Positions 29,542-39,860 of a DNA stretch of 64,000 bases are shown one piece after another. This stretch comes from an uncultured delta proteobacterium (GTDB lineage Bacteria > Desulfobacterota > RBG-13-43-22). The DNA is taken from assembly GCA_963743305.1 (NCBI GenBank), contig CAVUPH010000018.1, positions 32,001 to 96,000 on the forward strand. The letters run 5' to 3'. Made by a program: the position numbers and the translations under genes. The notes under the pieces are model-generated. The model was given only the letters and a program-made list of their open reading frames with translations. It ran no database searches and was not told where the DNA came from. Positions within the stretch are counted from its first letter, which is position 1. Every line of letters starts with the position of its first letter.

Positions 29542-29915
29542 CTGGATTCTTACATCCATCGCTCTGAGAATTAGTTGAATCAAAAATTATAAACCAACTG
29601 AAAATTGGCCAATCTGGGATGGGCACCCTGAGGCAGAAAATTTTTACGAAGAATCTCGGCTTTCAGCTCAGGGACGGCCCGGGGGATCCTTCAGGCGTCA
29701 AGGACGGGCGTGAATCCATCAGAATTACAAAAAAGGTTGAGATCGATTCGATTCAAGCGCCGATTGGCTCGGAAGGCTGTTAGGGTATAAGACGCTTCGC
29801 CCTTTTGGCGGTTTAATCCCCAGGGGCGTCGGCCAAGGAGGACCAATTCGGGATTGTTCTGCGCTATATTGTACCCACGTAGCCAAAAGGGCGAACCAGG
29901 GGTATGACCCTCGGG

Positions 29916-30900
29916 TTAGCCTGCGGCCTTTCGGGCCAGGAAAATCCCCAACAGGACCAACAGGCCGCCCAGGACCTGCCAGTGCTCCAGTCCTTCCCGG
30001 AGAAGAACCCAGGCAAACAGGGCGGCCAGAACCGGCTGGAGCAAAAGGGTTACTGAGGAAAAAGAGGCGGGCAGTTGGGCCAGGGAAAAAGTAATCAGGC
30101 CCTGGCCGGCCACATGGGAGATTAAGGCCAGGCCGATCAGGACCAGCCAGCCCTGGAAAGAAAGGGCGAAAAAATTTTCTCCGGATACCCGGGTGACCCA
30201 GAAGGAGCAGGACCATCGAACCGGCGGTGGTCCAATTCATGATGATCGCCGTGGAAAAATCCCGGCGGAGATATTTGATGGATAAAAGATACCCGGCATA
30301 AAATATCGAGGCGATCAGGGCCAGAAGATCTCCCCACACCTGTTCCAGACGGAGTTGGAGGCTTCCGCCCACAATCAGGGTGGCGCCGGCTAGAGCCGAA
30401 AGCATACCGACTAAAAAAACTTTTTTGATTCGATCCTTAAACAGCCACCAGCCGCCTAACGTTACCCAGAGAGGAGCATAATTGACCAGCAGGGTGGCGT
30501 TGGCTACGGAGGTGAGACGCAAGGAGACCATGCCAGAGGATAGGTCACCGGCGAAAAATAAGGCGGCCAGAGACAACCGCAGATAGTCGCTTTACCGGGA
30601 GAGGCCGCCTGTCCGAGACGTTGACGCCCTTGATCACGGATCGTCCAGAGCCAGAGGGCGGGCCAGGCCAGCAGCAGACGCCAGAAGGCCGTGGCCAGAG
30701 GACCGACCTCGCTGATCCGGACAAAAATGGGGGCAAAGGAAATGGCGGCGGCCCCGCCAATGCAGGGCCAGAAGGGGAAGGTGGGGGGTTGTCGGGGTAG
30801 AAGTCGGTGCAATAGAGCTGATGCCGGATATTGGATAAGAAGCGGTTGCAGGGGCCAATGGCGATTGAAAGCACCAAGCTGGTTAGGCGAGACATCAAGG
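29916..30900 (-). pseudogene. EamA/DMT transporter, frameshifted
   Basis: ISFAPIFVRIS, TSVANATLL, GQGLI..LLLQPV across three frames. Confidence 0.8.
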
Positions 30901-30946
30901 CAGGTCAAGAGGGCGCCATTTCAATTGCCAGCGGATACGATCCAGG

Positions 30947-31525
30947 TCATCTGGCGTATAATCCGTAGGGAGAGAAGGGGAGGTCCCGGAATATTTTTTT
31001 TTCCTGGTTAAAGGAGCTTTCCAGGAGGGCGGCGATTCGTTGTTGGTCTTCGGGGGTGCGGCCATAACGCTCCTGCAGATAGCGAAACCGGGTCTCCAGG
31101 TCAACGATTTCGTCGTGCAAGACCCGTTTATCGGCATAATGAACGAGCTCTATTTCGGTTATTCGGTGATTTCGGGATTGCCCCTCATCCAGGTTGACGT
31201 GCTGGGCGACGATTTCGGCGACTTCCGGATAACCGCGGGTCCGTAAAAAATCGGCCCCGATTTCGGTATGTTTTTTTTTGGTTTTCAGACACTCGGTCTT
31301 GGCGATGTCATGGAGGAGCGCCCCGGCTTCCAAAAGGGCCAGATCCAGGGGAGGGTTGGAGGACGGCAAATGGGTCGCCAGGACCTGGGCCACCCGGGCC
31401 ACCTGCAGGCTGTGGTTGCGGATATTGGGGAGCATACCCTGGTCTGCCATCAGGGCCAGGCACTCTTCCCGGGAGGGGACGCGGGGCTTAAGCTCGGATG
31501 AATGGGAGTTAGGGGATAGGGTCAT
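30947..31525 (-). CDS. HD-domain protein (HDIG-like)
   Basis: HSLQVA, ALLHDIAK, VHYADKRV. Confidence 0.88.
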   Translation of the reverse strand: MTLSPNSHSSELKPRVPSREECLALMADQGMLPNIRNHSLQVARVAQVLATHLPSSNPPLDLALLEAGALLHDIAKTECLKTKKKHTEIGADFLRTRGYPEVAEIVAQHVNLDEGQSRNHRITEIELVHYADKRVLHDEIVDLETRFRYLQERYGRTPEDQQRIAALLESSFNQEKKIFRDLPFSPYGLYAR

Positions 31526-31705
31526 CGCTCAGGTTCTCTTTTTAGAAATGAATTAGACGAATTCGATCGAACGCCCATGCCCTGGGCGGGAACCTCGAAG
31601 CATGAAAATAAAGGGGCAGACATAAGCCTAAGTTTTTGACATTCATAATTATCCATTATTAGTTGATTGATGAATGTTCGAGTGGCGCCGGGTTCAATTT
31701 TCGTA

Positions 31706-33658
31706 CTAAACCCTCAACTCCGGCAGGTCCCGGTACAGCTCCAGGGCCTGGGGATTGGCCAGGGCGTCCCGGTTGGTTACGGGTTTGCCGTGGACCACAT
31801 TACGAACCGCCAACTCCACCTTCTTCATATTGATCGTGTAGGGAATGTCGGCCACCGGGATGATCTTGGCCGGTACATGGCGGGGAGAAGTGTTTTCCCG
31901 AATGGTTTTGTTGATCTTTTTAGCCAGGGTCTCATTGAATTCCACTCCGGGGGCCAGTTTGATGAAAAGAATGATGCGGACATCGTTGTCCCAGTCCTGG
32001 CCGATGACGATGCTGTCGGCGATCTCCTCCAGGGTCTCCACCTGGCGGTAGATGTCGGCGGTGCCGATGCGCACTCCGCCCGGGTTCAGCGTGGCATCCG
32101 AACGCCCGTAGAAGATCACCCCGCCGTTTTCGGTGATCTCGATGAAGTCCCCATGGGTCCAGATGTTGGGAAAGACCCGGAAATAGGCGTTCAAATATTT
32201 TTCGTTATCGGGATCTTTCCAGAAATAGAGCGGCATGGAGGGGAAAGGGGCTTCGCAAACCAGTTCCCCCTGTTCGCCGATCACCGCCTTTCCTTCGGTG
32301 TCATAGGCCTTGACCTTCATGGCCAGACCCCGACACTGCAGCTCCCCCTCGTAGACCGGGCCGAGGGGATTGCCCAGGCCGAAGCAGCCGTTTAAATCCG
32401 TTCCCCCGGCGATGGAGGCCAACTGGACATCCGGCTTGATGTCCCGGTAGACGTAGTGAAAACTTTCAGCCGGGAGCGGGGAACCGGTGGAGAGAATGGC
32501 CTTCATCGGGGTCAGGTCGAATCGTGATCCGGGCTTGAAGCCCTCCTTCTCGATGGCGGCCAGGTAGCGGGCGCTGGTCCCGAAAACGGTTACCTTTTCA
32601 TCCTGGGCCAGTTTCCAGAGGGCCCCCGGGTCGGGGTAGAAAGGCGAACCGTCGAACAGTACCAGTGTGGCCCCCACGGCCAGGGAACTGGTCAGCCAGT
32701 TCCACATCATCCAACCGCAGGTGGTGAAATAAAAAATCGTGTCTTCCCGCTTCAGATCGGTGTGGAGCATAAGCTCCTTGAGGTGATGGACCAATATGCC
32801 CGCTACCCCCTGGACCATGCACTTGGGCAGGCCGGTGGTCCCGGAGGAATACATGATATATAGGGGATGATCGGCCGAGACCTGTACAAAGTTGATTTCC
32901 GGGTGATCGACCGGGGTAAGAAAATCCTGATAATGGACGGCGTTGGGGATGGGTCCCAGGTCGGCCCGCTGTTCGGTGTAGGGGACCACCACCACCTTTT
33001 GGATGGAAGGGAGCTGCGAAATGATATCGGCAACCCGGGCCAGCGAATCAAAGGACTTGCCGTTATAGGAATAGCCATTGGCGGTGAAAAGGACCTTGGG
33101 TTCGATCTGGCCGAAACGGTCCAGGACCCCCTTGATCCCAAAATCCGGCGAGCAGGAAGACCAGACGGCGCCCAGGCTGGCGGCGGCCAGCATGGCGATG
33201 ATGGTTTCCATCATATTGGGCATGAAGCCCACCACCCGGTCCCCGGGTTGAATACCCTCCAGCCGCAGGGACAGGGCCAAGGCCGCTACCTGAGCGTACA
33301 ACTCGGCATAGGTGATTCGGCGCGGTTCCTGCACCTCGCCCTTAAAAATCAGGGCCACTCGGTCGTCCCGATAGCGGAGCAGGTTTTCGGCAAAGTTCAA
33401 CCGGGCCCCTTCAAACCACTTCGCCCCGGGCATCTTGCCCGGATCGTCCACCACCCGGTCATAACCCCGGGAGGCCTGGACTCCGGCAAACTCCCAAAAG
33501 GCGGCCCAGAAATCCGGGATCTCGGTGATGGACCACTCGTACAATTCCGGATAGTCCTCAAAGTCCTTATCGAATTTCCGGTTGACCCACTGGATAAAGC
33601 GGGTCAGGTTAGCTTGTTTTTTTCGCTCGGCGGACGGTTCCCAGAGTGGTTTTTTCAT
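31706..33658 (-). CDS. Acetoacetate--CoA ligase
   Basis: WFEGARLNFAENLL, SSGTTGLPKC, TCGWMMWNWL, GRSDATLNPGGVRIG, KKVE. Confidence 0.93.
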   Translation of the reverse strand: MKKPLWEPSAERKKQANLTRFIQWVNRKFDKDFEDYPELYEWSITEIPDFWAAFWEFAGVQASRGYDRVVDDPGKMPGAKWFEGARLNFAENLLRYRDDRVALIFKGEVQEPRRITYAELYAQVAALALSLRLEGIQPGDRVVGFMPNMMETIIAMLAAASLGAVWSSCSPDFGIKGVLDRFGQIEPKVLFTANGYSYNGKSFDSLARVADIISQLPSIQKVVVVPYTEQRADLGPIPNAVHYQDFLTPVDHPEINFVQVSADHPLYIMYSSGTTGLPKCMVQGVAGILVHHLKELMLHTDLKREDTIFYFTTCGWMMWNWLTSSLAVGATLVLFDGSPFYPDPGALWKLAQDEKVTVFGTSARYLAAIEKEGFKPGSRFDLTPMKAILSTGSPLPAESFHYVYRDIKPDVQLASIAGGTDLNGCFGLGNPLGPVYEGELQCRGLAMKVKAYDTEGKAVIGEQGELVCEAPFPSMPLYFWKDPDNEKYLNAYFRVFPNIWTHGDFIEITENGGVIFYGRSDATLNPGGVRIGTADIYRQVETLEEIADSIVIGQDWDNDVRIILFIKLAPGVEFNETLAKKINKTIRENTSPRHVPAKIIPVADIPYTINMKKVELAVRNVVHGKPVTNRDALANPQALELYRDLPELRV

Positions 33659-34106
33659 AAGGGCCTCTTTATAACAGATGGATTTCTATCTTATATCCTC
33701 ATGCCCAGGGCGGGTACCCCGAAACATAAAAATGGTTTTCGCCAAACCTTGCACCTTGGACCATACGCCCTGCACCTCGCGCCTAAGCGTCGAGCCCTGC
33801 TTTTTTATTAAAGCAATTCACCATATTTAAAAAAAAATAAGGTGTCAAGCAGGATATTCGGTAAGCTAACTATCATTAACTGTTTAAGATATGGGATATT
33901 TTGGCTTTCAGGGGCCAGTCGCTGTGAAGAATGATGATCTCCTCGCTCCAAGGGGCCGGTCTGAATTTTTATTCGTACGTTCGATAAATCGCGGCTTATT
34001 AAGAAACAAGGGACCGTAGATCCTCGAATTCAAATCGAAGTAATTTCCACGCTACAAAAAATGTTTGCCTTTTGATTGAAAAGGGTGACAGCGCGGGTCT
34101 CTTCAT

Positions 34107-35831
34107 TCACCGCTGATAGCGGTTGGTGATCGGCAGCCGCCAGTCCTTGCCGAAGGCCCGGGTGGTTATTTTGATGCCCGGCGGGCTTTGGCGGCGTTTA
34201 TATTCGTTGCGGTCCACCAGGCGAATTACCTTTTCCACCATGGCTTGATCAAATCCCCGCCGGACCATCTCCTCCACCGAACAGCTTTCCTCCACATAGG
34301 CTTGAAGAATGGGATCCAGCAGGTCGTATTCGGGCAGGGAGTCGGAATCCTTCTGATCGGGGCGAAGCTCCGCGGAAGGAGGCTTTTCCAGGACCCGTCG
34401 GGGCAGGAGTTCTTTCCCGGCCAGTTGGTTCCGGTGACGGCACAGTTCGTAGACCAGGATCTTGGGCACATCCTTTAACACGGCGAATCCTCCGGCCGTA
34501 TCCCCGTACAGGGTGGAATAGCCCACGCCGGTCTCGCTTTTATTGCCGGTGGTCAGCACCAGCCAGCCGAACTTGTTGGAAAGGGCCATCAGGATCGTTC
34601 CCCGGATTCGGGGTTGCAGGTTTTCTTCCGTCAGTTCCTCCGGCAGCCCTTGAAAATGGGGATTCAGGACTTCCAGGTAGGTTTGAAAAAGGGCGTCGAT
34701 AGGAATGACGGAAAAATGAATGCCGAGATTTTGGGCCAATTGCTCGGCGTCTTCCAGACTATGGGAAGAGGAAAAGCGGGTGGGCAGGGCGATGCCGTGC
34801 ACCCGCGCGGGCCCCAGGGCGTCGGCGGCCAGGACGGCGGTCAGGGAACTGTCCACCCCGCCGGAAAGACCCAGCACCACTTCCTTGAATCCGTTCTTGC
34901 GCACATAGTCTCTAGTTCCTAAAACCAGGGCCTGGTAGCCTTCCGCGGTACGGGGCAGAGGGGCTTGCTTTTTAGGAACGGCGGAGACCGTTTTGGAAGC
35001 CGGGGGAAGAGGCGGGAGAAGGATCTCCCGCAGGGAACCGCTATCCTCTCGGGGCTGCTTTCGCCGCCGCGGATCAAATAGACGCCAGCGAAAGACTTCG
35101 GTCAGGTCCAGATCGGCCACCAGAAAATCTTCTTCAAATTGGGCCGCCCGGGCCAGAATTTCCCCCTGGGGTCCGAAGATCAGACTCTGCCCGTCGAAGA
35201 TCAGTTCATCCTGGCCGCCCACCAGGTTGCAATAGACCAGATAGGAGCGATTGTCCGCCGCCCGGGTGGCCAGCATCCGCTCCCGATCGCCTCCCTTGCC
35301 CAGGTAGAAGGGTGAGGAGGAGATATTGATCAGCAGTTGGGCCCCGCCGGGGCCGGCCTGTTCCCGGGCCGGGCCGTCCGGGTACCAGAGGTCTTCGCAA
35401 ATACTGACCCCGAAACAGGCCTCGCCCCATCGAAAGACGACATTGTTTTGCCCCACCTTAAAGTAGCGATTTTCATCAAAAACCCCGTAATTGGGAAGTA
35501 ATTGCTTATGATAAACCGCCTGGATCCGACCATCGGCCGCGACCAGGGCGCTGTTATAGAGATCGTCTTCCACCCAGAGACCGCCGATAACGGCCACTAA
35601 CCCTTTCGTCTGGGGCAGGAGGTCCAGGAGGGTCTGCCGGGCGGCATAAACAAAATCCGGTTTCAGCAACAGGTCCTCGGGCGGGTATCCGCTGACGGCC
35701 ATTTCCGGAAAGGCCACCAGGTCCACTTCCTGCCTGCGGGCCAATTCCAACTGTTCTTCGATCTTCCGGCGATTTCCCGGAAGGTCACCCACGGTGGTGT
35801 TGATCTGGGACAGGGCGATGCGCAGGTTCAT
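34107..35831 (-). CDS. nadE: Glutamine-dependent NAD+ synthetase
   Basis: Nitrilase domain (FPE, ICEDLW) plus GLSGGVDS, TTGNKSE, PPSAEL, EYKRRQ. Confidence 0.95.
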   Translation of the reverse strand: MNLRIALSQINTTVGDLPGNRRKIEEQLELARRQEVDLVAFPEMAVSGYPPEDLLLKPDFVYAARQTLLDLLPQTKGLVAVIGGLWVEDDLYNSALVAADGRIQAVYHKQLLPNYGVFDENRYFKVGQNNVVFRWGEACFGVSICEDLWYPDGPAREQAGPGGAQLLINISSSPFYLGKGGDRERMLATRAADNRSYLVYCNLVGGQDELIFDGQSLIFGPQGEILARAAQFEEDFLVADLDLTEVFRWRLFDPRRRKQPREDSGSLREILLPPLPPASKTVSAVPKKQAPLPRTAEGYQALVLGTRDYVRKNGFKEVVLGLSGGVDSSLTAVLAADALGPARVHGIALPTRFSSSHSLEDAEQLAQNLGIHFSVIPIDALFQTYLEVLNPHFQGLPEELTEENLQPRIRGTILMALSNKFGWLVLTTGNKSETGVGYSTLYGDTAGGFAVLKDVPKILVYELCRHRNQLAGKELLPRRVLEKPPSAELRPDQKDSDSLPEYDLLDPILQAYVEESCSVEEMVRRGFDQAMVEKVIRLVDRNEYKRRQSPPGIKITTRAFGKDWRLPITNRYQR

Positions 35832-35984
35832 AGGGTAGCCACTCCTTGTAAATATTAAGATAAGTGTATCACAAAGGGGAAAAGGATTGCAATGAACCGA
35901 AATTTCTTTCGTTGACACTCCGCAGCTTTTTTGATTTAAGGTGAGCGATGGATTGTGTCCTTTTTTATCAGGGGTTTTGTATAG

Positions 35985-36115
35985 CTCAGATCCTTCGCGG
36001 AGTTTATCCTGAGCCGAAAACCCAGATCCTTCGCGTTGCTCAGGATGACGGCAGGCGAAGGGCTCAGGATGACAAGAGAAGGACTCAGGATGACAAGAGA
36101 AGGACTCAGGATTAC
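35985..36115. repeat. REP-like element with 21-bp tandem units
   Basis: AGATCCTTCGCG twice and about four CTCAGGATGAC units. Confidence 0.75.
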
Positions 36116-36173
36116 AGGGACCGTGCAATGCCGGTCACCCGGAGCGGAGCGAAAGGAAATAGATTTGACGACC

Positions 36174-36302
36174 TCGCAAAAAGTCCAAAACCCTGTCATG
36201 GCGAGCGAAGCGAAGCAATCCCCATCATGGTAACTAGCTGATTCTTGGGGATTGCTTCGTCGCTTCACTCCTCGCAATGACAGCGCTGGAGACTTTTTGC
36301 GA
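36174..36302. repeat. About 130-bp palindromic MITE/REPIN-like element, family A
   Basis: Terminal IR TCGCAAAAAGTC/GACTTTTTGCGA around GTCAT.GCGAG..GAAGCAATC/GATTGCTTC..CTCGCAATGAC. Confidence 0.85.
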
Positions 36303-36352
36303 AACAATCAGATTTATAGCTTTGAATTTATTTAGAGCGGAAGGGAAAGCCC

Positions 36353-37189
36353 ATGTATAGTGATTTGAAAGGTAAGACGGCGTTGGTGACTGGAGCGGGT
36401 AAGGAGACCGGAATCGGTTATGCCATCGGCCGGAAACTGGCCGCCTCGGGAATGAATATTATCCTGGCCGATCTGGGCCGCGAGGGGGCGGGTAACGGAC
36501 CGGTCAAGACCGGGACCCGGGAAGAACTGGAAGCGCTTGTTCAAAAAGCCTCGGCGGAATATGGGGTGGGGGCCCTGGGGGTGGAAGTGGATGTGACCGC
36601 CAATGAATCCATCCAGAGGATGATGGAAAAAATTAAAGAGCGGTTCAGCCGCATCGATGTGCTGGCCAATAATGCCGGCGCCTCCTTCGGTGTTCCCAAT
36701 TTATTTCATACCTATAACGAAGCCGATTGGCTGAAGACGATTGACGTCAATCTGCACAGCGTCTTCCGGGTGACCCGGGCGGTGCTCCCTTTGATGATGA
36801 ATAGCGGGGGAAGCATTATCAACACCGCTTCCCGGGCCGGCAAGGTCCCGCCCTTGTTCAACGGGGCCTACGCTGTGGCCAAAGCCGGTTTGATCATGCT
36901 CACCAAGGTCATGGCCCAGGAATTGGCCGGAATGAATATCCGGGTGAACGCCATTTGCCCCGGCCAGGTGATGACCGATCTGGAAAAGTGGCGATTCGGT
37001 CTGGAAGCGCAGTTCTATTCCTGTACCAGCGAGGAGCGGGAACAGGCCATGTGCCAGACCATCCCCTTGCGCCGTATCGGGTCGCCGGAGGAAGTGGCCA
37101 ACCTGGTCGCCTTTCTGGCCTCCCGGGAGTCCTCCTATATGACCGGCCAGGCCGTCAATGTGACCGGCGGTCAGTTGATGGAACTGTAA
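36353..37189 (+). CDS. Short-chain dehydrogenase/reductase
   Basis: TGAG..GIG, NNAG, YAVAK, NAICPG. Confidence 0.93.
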   Translation: MYSDLKGKTALVTGAGKETGIGYAIGRKLAASGMNIILADLGREGAGNGPVKTGTREELEALVQKASAEYGVGALGVEVDVTANESIQRMMEKIKERFSRIDVLANNAGASFGVPNLFHTYNEADWLKTIDVNLHSVFRVTRAVLPLMMNSGGSIINTASRAGKVPPLFNGAYAVAKAGLIMLTKVMAQELAGMNIRVNAICPGQVMTDLEKWRFGLEAQFYSCTSEEREQAMCQTIPLRRIGSPEEVANLVAFLASRESSYMTGQAVNVTGGQLMEL

Positions 37190-37230
37190 AAGCAGGATAA
37201 AGGATCGAGGATAAAGGAAAGGAGTTGAAT

Positions 37231-38925
37231 ATGGCGAATATTTCCGGCGGTCAGCTTACCGCTGAAGCGCTAATCGAAAGAAAGGTGGAATATGTTTTCA
37301 CCTTGAGCGGGGGGCACATCACCCCGATTTATCAGTACCTGGAAAATTCAGCGGTCCGGCTGTTTGACACGCGGCATGAACAGGCGGCGGTCTTCATGGC
37401 CGAGGCCTATGGCCGGCTGACCCGAAAACCCGGGGTGGCCATGGTCACGGCCGGGCCGGGTTTTACGAATTCGCTGACCGCCGTGGCCAGCGCCTATCTG
37501 GCCAATACCCCGTTGGTCCTGATCTCCGGTTGCGTGGGGATCGACAGTTGTGAAAAATTGGACCTCCAGGATATGCGTCAGCTCCCGGTAATTGAGCCCA
37601 TGGTCAAAAAGGCCCTGGTCTGCCAACGGACCGAACGGATCCCGGAATATATCGATATGGCTTTCCGCACGGCCCGCAGCGGCCGTCCCGGGCCGGTTTA
37701 CCTGGAGCTGCCGATTGATATATTAAACGGCTCGGTGGACCCCTACCAGGCCAAGAAAAGAAGAACCGACGTGGAGTCCCACCCGGCCGATCCGGACCAG
37801 GCGGCTATTTTGATGGATATGATTCGTCAGGCCCGGAAGCCGTTGGTCATTGCCGGAAGCGGGGCCTGGTATTCCGGGGCCGAAAAGGCCCTGGTCGAAT
37901 TTATAGAGAAAACCGGTTTGCCGGTCTTTACCGCGGGGCTGGGACGGGGGACTATCCCGGATACCCATCCCCTGTGCTTTGAATCTTCGCTGGCCATTCG
38001 ACCCGGGGCCGGTTTTTTTGCTTTTATGAATACCGATCTGGTTATTCTCCTGGGTAACCGCCTCAGCCTCTTTTATATTTTCGGTGAGGTCTTCAATCCC
38101 CAGGCCAAATTGGTCCAGGTGGATATCCAAGGGGAGGAGCTGGGGCGCAATCGGGCGGTGGACCTACCGGTGGTCAGCGACGTTCGGGCTTTGCTGACCG
38201 AATTGAACCGTCTGGTCGATCAACAGGGCGCGGCCGAAAGCCTGCGCCGGCAATTCGCCGGCTGGATAGACGAGCTCAAGAAATCGGAAGCCGACAACAA
38301 GGCCATGACCCGACCCACCTGGGAAGGCGATCAGGTCCCCATCCATCCCTTACGGCTGGCCCGGGAGGTCGACGACTTCATGAACCGGGAGGAGGACATC
38401 GTCGTGGCCGACGGCGGAGACACCACCACCTGGATGGGGATGACCCGGACGGTCCGTCGTCCCGGTCATTATTTGGACTATGGTCTGTTCGGCTGCCTGG
38501 CCGTGGGACTGCCCTTTGCCAACGCCGCTCAGCTCCTGAATCCTGATAAACGGGTCTGCCTGCTGACCGGCGACGGGTCGGTGGGCTTCAATTTCATGGA
38601 GTTTGAGACGGCCCTTCGAAAACAATTGCCCATCGTGGTGGTCATCAACAACGACCTGGGTTGGGGCATGATCCGGCACAGCCAGGAAATCAAGATCGGG
38701 AGGGCCATCCCGGACGGCACCTTTATCGGGAAGGTGGATTACCACAAAATGGTGGAGGCCCTGGGCGGACTGGGCCTGTTCGTGGAGCAGCCGGCGGCCA
38801 TCCGGCCGGCACTGGAGGAGGCCTTTGCCTCGGGGAAAACGGCCTGCATCAACGTCATGACCGATCCAACGGTCATCAGCCCGGGAAGCATTGCCTTGGC
38901 TAATCTGGGAGGGTATAAAGCCTGA
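37231..38925 (+). CDS. ThDP-dependent enzyme (acetolactate synthase/2-hydroxyacyl-CoA lyase-like)
   Basis: RHEQAA, TAGPG, VADGGD, FGCLAVG, GDGS..NND. Confidence 0.88.
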   Translation: MANISGGQLTAEALIERKVEYVFTLSGGHITPIYQYLENSAVRLFDTRHEQAAVFMAEAYGRLTRKPGVAMVTAGPGFTNSLTAVASAYLANTPLVLISGCVGIDSCEKLDLQDMRQLPVIEPMVKKALVCQRTERIPEYIDMAFRTARSGRPGPVYLELPIDILNGSVDPYQAKKRRTDVESHPADPDQAAILMDMIRQARKPLVIAGSGAWYSGAEKALVEFIEKTGLPVFTAGLGRGTIPDTHPLCFESSLAIRPGAGFFAFMNTDLVILLGNRLSLFYIFGEVFNPQAKLVQVDIQGEELGRNRAVDLPVVSDVRALLTELNRLVDQQGAAESLRRQFAGWIDELKKSEADNKAMTRPTWEGDQVPIHPLRLAREVDDFMNREEDIVVADGGDTTTWMGMTRTVRRPGHYLDYGLFGCLAVGLPFANAAQLLNPDKRVCLLTGDGSVGFNFMEFETALRKQLPIVVVINNDLGWGMIRHSQEIKIGRAIPDGTFIGKVDYHKMVEALGGLGLFVEQPAAIRPALEEAFASGKTACINVMTDPTVISPGSIALANLGGYKA

Positions 38926-38984
38926 TTGACAGCTCGCCCGGAAAAATGTAATCATAATGTAATAGTTGCTGTACCGGCGTGCGT

Positions 38985-39330
38985 ATGGTCAGAACACAGA
39001 TTCAATTGACGGATGATCAGGCCAAGATGGTCAAGAAGTTGGCCATGGCCCGCGGCGTCTCCATGGCTGAATTCATCCGTCAGGGGTGAGGGTATTTATC
39101 GATACCTCGCTGCCGGTAGTACGCCTTGCTCGATCGGACGGATGGGAAATTATCCTGAAGCGTCAAGGGGGCGGCTGATGTATTTTCGAAAGGCCATGCT
39201 GATTACGACTTCGCCCTTCCCGTTTCTCCGATCATCGACCTCTGGAACTGCAAAAAAGGCATCAGCGTTAGGTCGGTTTTATGGAGCCTGGACACGTCCA
39301 CCTGCACCTTCGCCAAAGATTTCCCCCAAC
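38985..39330 (+). pseudogene. Degenerate VapBC-type TA (CopG/RHH antitoxin plus PIN toxin remnants)
   Basis: MVRTQIQLTDDQAKMVKKLAMARGVSMAEFIRQG* overlapping (V)RVFIDTS..ALLDR; 3' end approximate. Confidence 0.6.
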
Positions 39331-39662
39331 GCTTCATATGTTCATTATTAGCCATTATTATTTGCCTTGTGGTGCCGAGTTCTATTTTTGTATTAAACCC
39401 GGCCATGCTCGGGGCAAGCACCCACGAAGCATGAAAATTTCCCCTCCCCCTTTTTCAAAGGGGGATTTAGGGGGATTTCAAGGGGGCGGGAATAACCACC
39501 AACCTCTATTTTCGTATTAAGGGATAAGGTAGGATATCTTGGCGGGCCGGGAATGATGGCGGGAAAAGCGTGATGAGGTGATGAAAGGGGGAGGCCCCCC
39601 CGCTCCCTGCCCTCAGGAGGGCCGGGAGCGGAGGGGCAATTTCCCTTTGCCGGGCCAGGCCC

Positions 39663-39761
39663 CTATTTCTTCTTTTTTTCCTGCTTGGCCTTCTTCTTTT
39701 CTTTGGCTGTTTTGGTCGGCTTCTTTTTTGCGTCCTTCTTGGCGTCCATTGATTTGGCCAT
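39663..39761 (-). CDS. 32-aa lysine-rich small basic protein
   Basis: RBS AAGGAGG; MAKSMDAKKDAKKKPTKTAKEKKKAKQEKKKK*; GC hairpins downstream. Confidence 0.7.
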   Translation of the reverse strand: MAKSMDAKKDAKKKPTKTAKEKKKAKQEKKKK

Positions 39762-39860
39762 GAGAGCCCTCCTTAAAAATTAAATTGATGGAGAATACCA
39801 TTTTCGTCTTTTAAAAAAAATGGAAAAAAGTTACTTTTTCTAAAAAAAGGAGGCCTCCCG

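Noticed and set aside
36040-36115. Possible CRISPR array
   Set aside because: 21-bp tandem units without unique spacers and no cas genes
35832-36128. Repetitive N-terminal extension of NadE (CHPESFS repeats)
   Set aside because: Translation of an intergenic REP-like repeat; the real start is ATG 35831 with an RBS
39081-39100. UGA at 39087 as selenocysteine
   Set aside because: No Cys-like context or SECIS; it is the GTGA junction of a deleted TA pair
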